Assembly (NCBI GenBank): GCA_964488805.1
Contig: CAZAVU010000009.1
Location: forward strand, 7,437 to 71,436
DNA from: an uncultured Odoribacter sp.
Lineage (GTDB): Bacteria > Bacteroidota > Bacteroidia > Bacteroidales > Prolixibacteraceae
Direction: 5' to 3'
DNA length: 64,000 bases
The translations under genes were made by a program, and so were the position numbers. The notes under the pieces were generated by a model that worked only from the letters and a program-made list of their open reading frames with translations, did no database searches and had not been told where the DNA came from. The stretch's first letter is position 1; the number at the start of each line of letters is the position of its first letter. Shown one piece after another: positions 10,048 to 19,134 of the stretch.

Positions 10048-11106
10048 ATGAACAGACGCAATTTTTGTAAATCATGCGGATTCACTACAGCATCGCTTCT
10101 GGTAGGAAGCCAACTTTTTGCTTCAAATTCGCAATTCATGCAAAACAAAAAAATCAAACCAATATCGGGTTCCTGGTTTGAATTTACGCACGGTTTTGCG
10201 CCCGAAGGAAAATACTGGAACCCGGTTCTGCCTCAGTTCACCACCGAACAATGGAAAGCCAAAGTGAAAGAAATTGCCGAAACTGGCATGGAATATCTGG
10301 TTTTGATGGCTGTTGCCAATGATGGGAGAACATTTTATCCGTCAAAACTTCAGCCGCGCTACGATTATGTATGTTCCGATCCGTTGGAAGCCGTTCTCTC
10401 TGCTGCCGATGAATGTGGAATCAAATTCTTTGTGAGCAATGATTTTTGGGCCGACTGGCGCGAAGGTGCCAAAATGATGACTAGTTCTGAAATTGCTTCA
10501 CTGCGTGAAAAAGGAATGGAGGAAGTGGCTGAAAAGTACTCGCACCATAAAAGTTTCTACGGATGGTATTATCCCAACGAGTCGGGATTGTGGAATACCA
10601 TTGACGACACCACTATTAACTACGTGAACAGGTGCAACAAGAAAGCAAAAGAACTGACCCCCAACTCGGTCAACCTGATTGCTCCTTATGGAACAAAATC
10701 GGTCAGAACCGATGACAAATACGTTAGTCAGTTAGAAAAACTGGATATTAATATTATCGCTTATCAGGACGAAATTGGTGTGAAGAAAACGAAGGTTGGA
10801 TATGCCGGAAAATATTACGAAGGCCTCCGAAAAGTTCACGACAAAGCAGGCCGCGCAAAGCTTTGGGCCGATATGGAAATCTTCGAATTCGAAGGCGATG
10901 TTTACAAGAGCGCTTTGATACCTGCCGACTTTGAACGGATTCTCAAACAAATGGAGGACATTTCCCCCTTTGTCGAAAAAATCCTGGTGTATCAGTATCT
11001 GGGGATCATGAACAAGCCGGGATCAATTGCTACTGTTGGCCATCCTAATTCTGGAAAATTATATAGCGACTATAAAAACTGGTATGATTCTCAAAAACAA
11101 GGATAA
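10048..11106 (+). CDS. DUF4434-like TIM-barrel putative glycoside hydrolase, Tat-exported (paralog 1)
   Basis: Tat signal [50 protein letters not shown]. Confidence 0.75.
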   Translation: MNRRNFCKSCGFTTASLLVGSQLFASNSQFMQNKKIKPISGSWFEFTHGFAPEGKYWNPVLPQFTTEQWKAKVKEIAETGMEYLVLMAVANDGRTFYPSKLQPRYDYVCSDPLEAVLSAADECGIKFFVSNDFWADWREGAKMMTSSEIASLREKGMEEVAEKYSHHKSFYGWYYPNESGLWNTIDDTTINYVNRCNKKAKELTPNSVNLIAPYGTKSVRTDDKYVSQLEKLDINIIAYQDEIGVKKTKVGYAGKYYEGLRKVHDKAGRAKLWADMEIFEFEGDVYKSALIPADFERILKQMEDISPFVEKILVYQYLGIMNKPGSIATVGHPNSGKLYSDYKNWYDSQKQG

Positions 11107-11107
11107 C

Positions 11108-12094
11108 ATGATGAGAAAGTTATTGATACAGATGAGTATACTGCTGTTCGTGGTTTCAGCATGCTCTACACACCAGGCAAAATGGGAAAATATCAAGATT
11201 GACAATGCAGATTCTCCAAGAAACGACATTCGTGCTATCTGCTTCGATCAAAATGCCAAAATGTGGGTTGGAACATGGGGCGGTATTTTAGAAAACGTTG
11301 ATGGCAAATGGCTGTTACGTGGACCAGAAGGTTATATTGAAACTCTGTTTATTGCTCCTGATAATACCAAATGGGCTGGACTTTGGGGCGGTGGCGTTTA
11401 TAAATGTACCTCAGAGGAGGAATGGATTAATGTGAAAGAAGCTTCACCAACTAATTCAGTGAATATAATTTCGTCCGATAACAAAGGAAGTCTCTGGGTT
11501 GGTGACTGGGGCGGTGGCGCTGTTAATCTGGAAGGAAACGGTGAAATTGATGTGAATAATAAAACCGGTGGTGCTGCAAACTTTAATGGTTCCCGATGGA
11601 CAGTATATACCGATGAGAACGTGGAATTGGGCGACAATTCTGTTGTTTCTATGGCCTGTGATTCCCAAAACCGGATGTGGTTTGGTACCTATCACGGACT
11701 TTCCAGATTTGATAAAGGAACCTGGACTCCTTTCAACAAGCAAAACAGTCAGTTGCCCGATAACGATGTTTATTCGCTGACAGCCGATTCTAAAGGAAAT
11801 ATCTGGATTGGAACCTGCAACGGTCTGGCAAAACTTTCAGGAAATAACTGGACCATTTTTAAGAAAGAGAATTGCGGCCTGGTTGATAATCTGATCCTGT
11901 CTGTGGCCGAAGATTCATCGGGAAAAATTTGGGTTGGGACCAACAAAGGGGTATCCGTTTTCGACGGATCAAAATGGGAAACTTTTACCAGCAGCAATAG
12001 CAAACTGATCGACAACCGCGTTCAGGTCATAAAACCTTACCAAAAAAAGGTATATCTGGGTACCAGCAAAGGAATTTCTGTGATTGAAAAATAA
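11108..12094 (+). CDS. Stand-alone two-component-regulator-type beta-propeller lipoprotein
   Basis: Lipobox VVSAC; repeated LPDNDVYSLTADSKGNIWIGT / LVDNLILSVAEDSSGKIWVGT Reg_prop units; no kinase domain. ATG at 11108 preferred over 11027. Confidence 0.8.
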   Translation: MMRKLLIQMSILLFVVSACSTHQAKWENIKIDNADSPRNDIRAICFDQNAKMWVGTWGGILENVDGKWLLRGPEGYIETLFIAPDNTKWAGLWGGGVYKCTSEEEWINVKEASPTNSVNIISSDNKGSLWVGDWGGGAVNLEGNGEIDVNNKTGGAANFNGSRWTVYTDENVELGDNSVVSMACDSQNRMWFGTYHGLSRFDKGTWTPFNKQNSQLPDNDVYSLTADSKGNIWIGTCNGLAKLSGNNWTIFKKENCGLVDNLILSVAEDSSGKIWVGTNKGVSVFDGSKWETFTSSNSKLIDNRVQVIKPYQKKVYLGTSKGISVIEK

Positions 12095-12125
12095 ACAACC
12101 TATATATCAACTAATTAAATCAAAT

Positions 12126-14093
12126 ATGAAAAGAACTTTATACGCTATTTTAATGCTTCTTTTACCGTTTTCGGTCTTTTCTAAAGAAATATGGCTTGAT
12201 GAACTGGACATGAAATTCATGTATCAGGACTGGGGAGCTGCCAATGTAAACAAATCGATACTTGGAAGCCCGCTTCAGGTTGCCGGGGTAAAATACAAAC
12301 GTGGAATCGGAACTCACTCCATCAGCCGTTACTTGGTGAACTTAGGTGGAAAGGCCAAATCATTTTCAGGATTGGTTGGCGCTGACGATCGGAACGATTA
12401 TTCCATGAATATGGAGTTCCAGTTGATTGCCGATCAGAAAGTGATCTGGCAAAGCGGCATCATGCACAAGGGAATGCCAGCCAAAGCTTTCAAAGTCGAT
12501 TTGAAAAATGTACAGAAACTGGCCTTATTGGTGGTCGAAGCGGGAGATGGAATCATGTACGACCATGCTGATTGGCTGGAAGCTAAATTTGAAACTTCAG
12601 GGATTGTCGTGCCTGAACCGGTGAAACCAGAACCCATTGCTGTCGAAAAATATATCCTGACTCCCAAACCCGGCGATAGCCCGAAGATCAACAATGCCAA
12701 AGTTTTTGGTGTCCGTCCCGGCAATCCATTCTTGCTGACGGTTGCTGCAACGGGGAAGCGTCCCATGACATTCACTGCCGATAACTTACCTTCAGGCTTA
12801 AAATTGGATAACCAAACCGGAATAATTACAGGAACCATTGCGACAAGAGGTACATATACCGTTGTTTTGAAAGCTGAAAACAGCATCGGCAGCGATGCCC
12901 GGGTCCTTCGCATTGAAGTGGGCGACGAAATTTGCCTGACTCCGCCAATGGGTTGGAATAGCTGGAACTGCTGGGGATTGAAGGTGAATGAAGAAAAAGT
13001 GAAAGATGCGGCCCGTTTCATGCACGATAACCTGATGAACCACGGCTGGACTTACATCAACATTGACGACGGATGGGAAGCCAAAGAACGAACCAAAGAT
13101 GGCGAACTGCTCGGAAATGAGAAATTTCCGGACTTCAAGCGACTTTGTAATTACATTCACGATCAGGGCCTGAAATTCGGTATCTATTCATCGCCTGGCC
13201 CCCTAACCTGTGGCGGACATCTGGGAAGTTACAAATACGAAGAACGCGATGCCCAAACCTGGGCCGACTGGGGTGTCGATTACCTGAAATACGACTATTG
13301 CTTCTATTGCAATGTGGCGCCAATTCCTACTGAAGAACTGATCAAAGAACCTTATATGGTGATGAGGAAATCGCTGGATAAAGTTAACCGCGACATGGTT
13401 TATTGTGTAGGCTATGGTGCACCGAATGTCTGGAACTGGGGTCAGGAAGCTGGCGGGAACCAATGGAGGACCACCCGTGACATTACTGATGAATGGAACG
13501 TTGTTCGGTGTATTGGTTTTTTTCAGGATGTATGCGCCCCGGTTACACGCCCTGGAAAATACAATGATCCCGATATGCTGGTTGTTGGAAAACTTGGAAT
13601 GGGCTGGGGGAGCAAAGTTCACGATTCGTACCTGACTGCCGACGAACAATACTCGCACATTAGTTTGTGGAGCATTCTTTCGGCTCCGCTGCTTATTGGC
13701 TGCGACATGTCGGATATCGACGATTTCACCCTGAACTTATTGACCAACGACGAAGTGATCGCTGTTGACCAGGATGCAGCCGTAATGCCAGCGCACAAAA
13801 TCCAAAGGGAGAACGGGCAAATCTGGTACAAATATCTCGAAGATGGCTCAATTGCTGTTGGCTTCTTCCATGTCGATCCGTATTATATTCTTTGGGACAA
13901 AGCCGACAACGATAAAATCCAGAAGGCAAAATATAGCCTCACCCTTAATTTCGATGAATTAAACCTGAAAGAAAAATTCAATGTCCGCGATTTATGGCGG
14001 CAAAAAGACCTTGGAACGGTTAACGGTCAGTTTACGACCGAAGTTTCCTATCATGGAGTAACCTTTGTGAAACTTACTCCGGTTAAACAGTAA
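12126..14093 (+). CDS. GH27 alpha-galactosidase-like enzyme with N-terminal NPCBM (CBM51-like) and Ig-like domains
   Basis: Signal peptide; NPCBM (Y.RGIGTHS...DHADW); TPPMGWNSWN, INIDDGW, DYLKYDYC, WRTTRD, NDPDML. Confidence 0.9.
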   Translation: MKRTLYAILMLLLPFSVFSKEIWLDELDMKFMYQDWGAANVNKSILGSPLQVAGVKYKRGIGTHSISRYLVNLGGKAKSFSGLVGADDRNDYSMNMEFQLIADQKVIWQSGIMHKGMPAKAFKVDLKNVQKLALLVVEAGDGIMYDHADWLEAKFETSGIVVPEPVKPEPIAVEKYILTPKPGDSPKINNAKVFGVRPGNPFLLTVAATGKRPMTFTADNLPSGLKLDNQTGIITGTIATRGTYTVVLKAENSIGSDARVLRIEVGDEICLTPPMGWNSWNCWGLKVNEEKVKDAARFMHDNLMNHGWTYINIDDGWEAKERTKDGELLGNEKFPDFKRLCNYIHDQGLKFGIYSSPGPLTCGGHLGSYKYEERDAQTWADWGVDYLKYDYCFYCNVAPIPTEELIKEPYMVMRKSLDKVNRDMVYCVGYGAPNVWNWGQEAGGNQWRTTRDITDEWNVVRCIGFFQDVCAPVTRPGKYNDPDMLVVGKLGMGWGSKVHDSYLTADEQYSHISLWSILSAPLLIGCDMSDIDDFTLNLLTNDEVIAVDQDAAVMPAHKIQRENGQIWYKYLEDGSIAVGFFHVDPYYILWDKADNDKIQKAKYSLTLNFDELNLKEKFNVRDLWRQKDLGTVNGQFTTEVSYHGVTFVKLTPVKQ

Positions 14094-14108
14094 TAATAAA
14101 AAACACCA

Positions 14109-15191
14109 ATGATGAGACGAAGAAGTTTTTTTAAGATAGCAGGCACAGGCTCTGCAGGATTGCTAATGTCGGGCCAACTTTCTGCACAAACGCTGACCAA
14201 ACCTTGCGACAAAAAGATCAAACCTATTGCAGGTTCCTGGTTCGAATTTCAACATTGCCCTCCAGCGCCAGGAAATCCGGATGAAGGTGAATACTGGAAC
14301 CCGGATCTGGCCAAATTTACCGCCGAACAATGGAAGGAAAAAATTAAAGAAATCAGTGAAGTTGGGTTTAAATACCTGGTGATACAAGATGTTGCAATCA
14401 ACAAGAAGTCATTTTATCCCAGTTATCTGGCTGAAAAATACGAGTTGGGATGTGAAGATCCTTTGGAAGCGGTATTGAGCGCTGCAGATGAATATGGCAT
14501 TAAGTTTTTTGTCAGCAACGATTTTTGGGGGCCACCGGAAAAAGGACAGTATTTAATCACAGATCCTGATGTAAAGAAATTCCGTGAAAAAACGATGGAA
14601 GAAATTGCCGATAAGTATGGTAATCACAAATCTTTCTATGGCTGGTACTTTCCGAATGAATCGTATTTAATGCCTCATTTCAGCGAAGACTTTATCAAAT
14701 ACGTCAATGATTGTGCCTTCGCTGCAAAGAGACTGATGCCCGCAAGCGTGAATATAATAGCCCCGTATAACATTAAAGCCGAAAAGTGTGATGATGACTT
14801 CGTCAGGCAATTGGAGCGGATGAATATTGAAATCATTGCCTATCAGGATGGGGTGGGAGTGAATTCAGTCAAACCTGGTGAGGCATCCCGTTTCTTCGAG
14901 CATTTGAGCAATGCCCACCAAAAAGCCTCACGGGCGCGGATTTGGGCCGATATGGAAGTTTTTTATTTTGAAGGAGGTACCGGAGGAAATCTTTTACCTG
15001 CTGATTTTGAAAAACGGATTTTAAAGCAAATGGAGGATTTATCTCCTTTCGTTGATAAAATATTGATTTATCAATATTTAGGTTGTTTTAACAGACCCGA
15101 TACCAAGGCATACGCCGGACATCGAAATCAGGAATCGGTAAGGCTATACAAACAATATAAAAACTGGTTGGACAACACCTATAAAGAATAA
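14109..15191 (+). CDS. DUF4434-like TIM-barrel putative glycoside hydrolase, Tat-exported (paralog 2)
   Basis: Tat signal RRRSFFK; closely similar to paralog 1 ([38 protein letters not shown]). Confidence 0.75.
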   Translation: MMRRRSFFKIAGTGSAGLLMSGQLSAQTLTKPCDKKIKPIAGSWFEFQHCPPAPGNPDEGEYWNPDLAKFTAEQWKEKIKEISEVGFKYLVIQDVAINKKSFYPSYLAEKYELGCEDPLEAVLSAADEYGIKFFVSNDFWGPPEKGQYLITDPDVKKFREKTMEEIADKYGNHKSFYGWYFPNESYLMPHFSEDFIKYVNDCAFAAKRLMPASVNIIAPYNIKAEKCDDDFVRQLERMNIEIIAYQDGVGVNSVKPGEASRFFEHLSNAHQKASRARIWADMEVFYFEGGTGGNLLPADFEKRILKQMEDLSPFVDKILIYQYLGCFNRPDTKAYAGHRNQESVRLYKQYKNWLDNTYKE

Positions 15192-15334
15192 GAATGGACA
15201 AGCAGCTTCTCAATGCCGAGGTGCATGATGATTTTAGATAACCTTTTGCTGCTAATTATTTGTCATATTTGCATTATACTTGGTTCAAAATAACGATACC
15301 AAAATTTTAGAATGTTCAACAAAAATAGATACGA

Positions 15335-16729
15335 ATGAAAGCAGCAATTCTCTTCTTTTTTCTACTGACAACTGTTTGGGCAAGCGGCCAGTTACCGCTT
15401 CGGCTTCCGTCAATCCTGAGTAACCACGCAGTCTTGCAGCAAAAGGCACCTGTAAAAGTTTGGGGATGGGGGCCGGGATCAATGAAGGTTGCTATCGTTT
15501 GTAGCTGGAACAAGTCGGATACGGTATTTGCCTCCATTGGAGCCGAATGTGACTGGGAAGCTGTTTTAAACACCCCTGAAGCAGGAGGCCCTCATTCCAT
15601 CCAGTTTATTTGCAATAAGCAGAAAATAACCATCGATGATGTTATGCTGGGTGAAGTCTGGTTGTGTTCGGGCCAGTCGAATATGGAATTTAGCCTGAAA
15701 AGTGGCGTTTCGGATGCCGGCGAAGCCTTAAATACTTGCAAAAACAATGAAATACGTTTTTTTCGGGTTTCACAATCCTATAACAGATTTCCTCAGACCA
15801 ACTGCGAAGGTGAATGGGTAATCTGTGATGAAAATTCGATGCCGAATTTCAGCGCTGTCGGATATTTCTTTGGCCGCCGCTTAAACGACCAGTTGAAAGT
15901 GCCTGTTGGATTAATCGGAGCGTATTGGGGAGGAACTTGTATTCAATCCTGGATGCCAGCCGAAGCTTTTGCGAAAAACCAGGACCTTCAAAAGATGAAA
16001 GAGAATATTGAACCGTGGGGCTGGGCTCCAAAAGGGGCCGAGGTGTTGTACAATGCTATGATTTTCCCTTTCTCGCCATATCGCATTGCCGGGGTAATCT
16101 GGTATCAGGGAGAGGCAAACGTGGCTTCTGAATACAACGGATACCGGAAACTGCTGACAGGAATGGTTGAGTCATGGAGAGAAGCTTTTCGCAATAATTT
16201 TCCCGTATACTATGTCCAGATAGCGCCGTGTAACTATTACGAAGGAATAAAAGCTGCCTGTCTGCGCGAACAGCAGGAAAAGGTGCTGAATATGCCGGGT
16301 ACCGGAATGATTTCGGTTGCTGATTTGGTTGACGATGTTTCCAATATCCATCCTGTAAAAAAACGCGCCGTTGGCGAACGTTTGTCTGATCTGGCATTGA
16401 AGGAACAGTATGGCCGGAATGACTTGCATCCTTATTCACCGCATTTTGACAAATTACTTATTCAGGGAGAAAAAATCCTGCTGTCGGTTAATTCAATCGG
16501 CAAGTTAAAGTGCACAGGTGAAAAAATAACGAACTTTCAATTGGCCGCAGCCGATCAGAAATTCTATCCGGCATCGGCTGTCATCGAAAAAGATGGACGC
16601 ATCCGGCTTCATTCACCTGAAGTAAAAGTTCCGGTAGCCGTCCGTTACTGTTTCACCAACGATGCTGTTCCAAACTTATTCGATTCGAACAACCTGCCTT
16701 TATTGCCTTTTCGAACCGATTGCTGGTAA
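15335..16729 (+). CDS. Sialate O-acetylesterase (SASA/SGNH) family esterase
   Basis: GEVWLCSGQSNME, FSAVGYFFG, WYQGEAN, SNIHPVKK; signal peptide. Confidence 0.9.
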   Translation: MKAAILFFFLLTTVWASGQLPLRLPSILSNHAVLQQKAPVKVWGWGPGSMKVAIVCSWNKSDTVFASIGAECDWEAVLNTPEAGGPHSIQFICNKQKITIDDVMLGEVWLCSGQSNMEFSLKSGVSDAGEALNTCKNNEIRFFRVSQSYNRFPQTNCEGEWVICDENSMPNFSAVGYFFGRRLNDQLKVPVGLIGAYWGGTCIQSWMPAEAFAKNQDLQKMKENIEPWGWAPKGAEVLYNAMIFPFSPYRIAGVIWYQGEANVASEYNGYRKLLTGMVESWREAFRNNFPVYYVQIAPCNYYEGIKAACLREQQEKVLNMPGTGMISVADLVDDVSNIHPVKKRAVGERLSDLALKEQYGRNDLHPYSPHFDKLLIQGEKILLSVNSIGKLKCTGEKITNFQLAAADQKFYPASAVIEKDGRIRLHSPEVKVPVAVRYCFTNDAVPNLFDSNNLPLLPFRTDCW

Positions 16730-16788
16730 TTTATGTTTTACCTGATCTGAAACCTAAATATTTAATGAATTAACTAAAACAGATTCTC

Positions 16789-17769
16789 ATGAATAAACTC
16801 AAAATACTATTGGTAGTATTAGCCTTTATCTGTTCGGCTAATGTTTTTTCAGAACGTCCGGTTTTGAAATTTAAGGATGGCAAATTCAAAATTGTTCAGT
16901 TTACTGATTTGCATTGTATTGGCGGGCCGGATTATGCAGTTCGAAACGACAGTACCTTCATGCTGATGCGTAAAGTGATCAGCGAAGAACATCCGGATTT
17001 GGTCGTGATCACCGGAGATGTTGTTGTTTCGGGTGGAGCTGCAGAGGTTTGGCAGAAAGTGCTTCAACCCATGACCGAAGCCCAGGTTCCTTTTGTGGTT
17101 GCATTCGGGAACCATGACACCGAAACTGACATGACCAAGCCTCAGATTCTCGAACTCATTCAGAAAAATAAGTTTAACCTGACTTACAGCGCAGAAAAAG
17201 CTGATTCAGGAGTTGGGAACTGTTCTTTTCCAATTCATTCAACTGATGGAAAGTCAATTCCCTGGGCAATTTATTCGTTCGATTCACATGCCTACGCCAA
17301 AGATTCGGTAGTTGGTGGTTACGATTGGATTAAAAACGACCAGATACAATGGTACCGGAACCAAAGTGCAGCTTATGCAGGCAAACATAAGAAAGCAATC
17401 TCGGCATTGGCGTTTTTTCATATTCCGCTTCCTGAGTTTGAGTTTGTCAGAAACCAAAAAACTGCGTTTGGAAGCACTGTCGAACAGGTTTGTGCGCCCA
17501 GAATGAACAGCGGGCTGTTTTCGTCTTTTTATGAAATAGGCGATGTGATGGGCGTTTTTGTCGGGCACGATCACAACGACGATTACGTTGGTTCGTTAGC
17601 CGGAATTTGTTTGGGATATGGTCGCAAAACCGGATACGCTTCCGCTTATGAAGAAGTGTTGAAACGAGGCGCGCGCATCATCGAATTGAATGAAAACGGG
17701 AAGCGTTTCGATACTTACATTCGCACCATGAGTGGAACTTCGCTGAACTATTCCTTTAATCGAAAATAG
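16789..17769 (+). CDS. Calcineurin-like metallophosphoesterase (DCR2/PAP-like), exported
   Basis: FKIVQFTDLH, TGD, GNHD, FFHIP, GHDH; signal peptide. Confidence 0.9.
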   Translation: MNKLKILLVVLAFICSANVFSERPVLKFKDGKFKIVQFTDLHCIGGPDYAVRNDSTFMLMRKVISEEHPDLVVITGDVVVSGGAAEVWQKVLQPMTEAQVPFVVAFGNHDTETDMTKPQILELIQKNKFNLTYSAEKADSGVGNCSFPIHSTDGKSIPWAIYSFDSHAYAKDSVVGGYDWIKNDQIQWYRNQSAAYAGKHKKAISALAFFHIPLPEFEFVRNQKTAFGSTVEQVCAPRMNSGLFSSFYEIGDVMGVFVGHDHNDDYVGSLAGICLGYGRKTGYASAYEEVLKRGARIIELNENGKRFDTYIRTMSGTSLNYSFNRK

Positions 17770-17782
17770 ATTTCCACAGCCC

Positions 17783-19096
17783 ATGCGAAAATCAATATTC
17801 ATTGTTTCAGTATGTTGGCTTCTATTGACAGGCATTTTGGCTTGCTCCCAAAATCAGGATACCCCGGAGGTATTGTCATATCCCATTGCTGACGGAACCT
17901 TCATTCAGGATAATCTGGTGGCCAATTGGGATGATAACCGTTGGCAGAAAGAACTTGAGGTTTTAAAAGAGGCCGGGATGCATTACCTGGTTTTAGCACC
18001 GACCTTGCATACCGATGAAAAGGGGAGAAGCCGCATTATTTATCCGGGAACCTTGCCGAATGTTGAAGTAAAATATCAGGCCGACCTGGTTGAAAATTGT
18101 TTGCGCAATGCCCGGAAAGCTGGTTTTAAAGTTTTTCTGGGACTGAATTTTAATGAAAAATGGTGGCATCGGGATAGTTGGAACGCTGAATGGCTAAATG
18201 GCCAGATGGAACTTGGGAACCAACTGGCTGATGATTTGACCAAACGCTATAAAGATCGTTATAACGAAACTTTGTATGGCTGGTACTGGGTTTGGGAAAT
18301 CGACAATCTCAACCATCAAACCATTGAAAGACAAAAAGTATTGATTGATGCTTTGAATCTAAATATTGACCACCTGAACAAAATCACTCCGGATATGCCA
18401 TTTATGCTGTGTCCGTTTGTGAATTACCGGGTTGGAAACTCTGCTGATAACCGCAAAATGTGGCAATATGTATTCGCTGGAACACATTTCCGCAAAGGCG
18501 ATATTTTTGCTCCGCAGGATTGTGTTGGCGCCGGTGGCCTTGAACTCGGTATGGTTGACGAATGGTTTAGCCTGATGAATGAAGCTGTAAAGACGAAGCC
18601 CGGATTACTGTTTTGGTCGGATGCCGAAACTTTTGACCACCTTTTCTGGACCTCAGCGCCGCTTGATCGGTTTGTCGAACAAATGAAGACAGTAAAGCCC
18701 TATGTAAGTAACATTATTTCATTTGCTTACAGCCATTATTACAGTCCGTTTCAGATTACAGAAGGGTTTCATAAAGCTTATATGGAATATGTTAGAACGG
18801 GAAAACTCCCGGAAGATAAGGTCCCTGAGATGGTTGAAAATCTGGTTGTATATGCCGATCAGGAAGGGACGCTAACCCTAAACTGGAAAGAACCAGCCTC
18901 GAAGGAAGGTTTGGCTGGCTTCTATATTTTCAAAGACAATAAGCTGATTGGTAATCTCCAGTATAAGTACAAAAATCAATACCTGGCTGTTTTTAAGGAT
19001 AACAATTCAATAGCCTCCGGGGCTTGTAAATATGAAGTTTGTTCGTATTCCTGTTCAGGAGCAACCTCGGCAAGAGCTGTTGTTAATTGGAAATAA
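17783..19096 (+). CDS. DUF4434-like putative glycoside hydrolase lipoprotein with C-terminal FN3-like domain (paralog 3)
   Basis: Lipobox ILAC; GTFIQ, GFKVFLGL, YGWYWVWE, APQDCVG, FWSDAETF; C-terminal LTLNW.EP...GFYIFKD. Confidence 0.72.
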   Translation: MRKSIFIVSVCWLLLTGILACSQNQDTPEVLSYPIADGTFIQDNLVANWDDNRWQKELEVLKEAGMHYLVLAPTLHTDEKGRSRIIYPGTLPNVEVKYQADLVENCLRNARKAGFKVFLGLNFNEKWWHRDSWNAEWLNGQMELGNQLADDLTKRYKDRYNETLYGWYWVWEIDNLNHQTIERQKVLIDALNLNIDHLNKITPDMPFMLCPFVNYRVGNSADNRKMWQYVFAGTHFRKGDIFAPQDCVGAGGLELGMVDEWFSLMNEAVKTKPGLLFWSDAETFDHLFWTSAPLDRFVEQMKTVKPYVSNIISFAYSHYYSPFQITEGFHKAYMEYVRTGKLPEDKVPEMVENLVVYADQEGTLTLNWKEPASKEGLAGFYIFKDNKLIGNLQYKYKNQYLAVFKDNNSIASGACKYEVCSYSCSGATSARAVVNWK

Positions 19097-19134
19097 AACC
19101 AAGAAATTGTAAAAACTAATAATCACGAAAAAAA

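Noticed and set aside
12434..13021. 195-aa minus-strand ORF
   Set aside because: Antisense shadow of the GH27 gene
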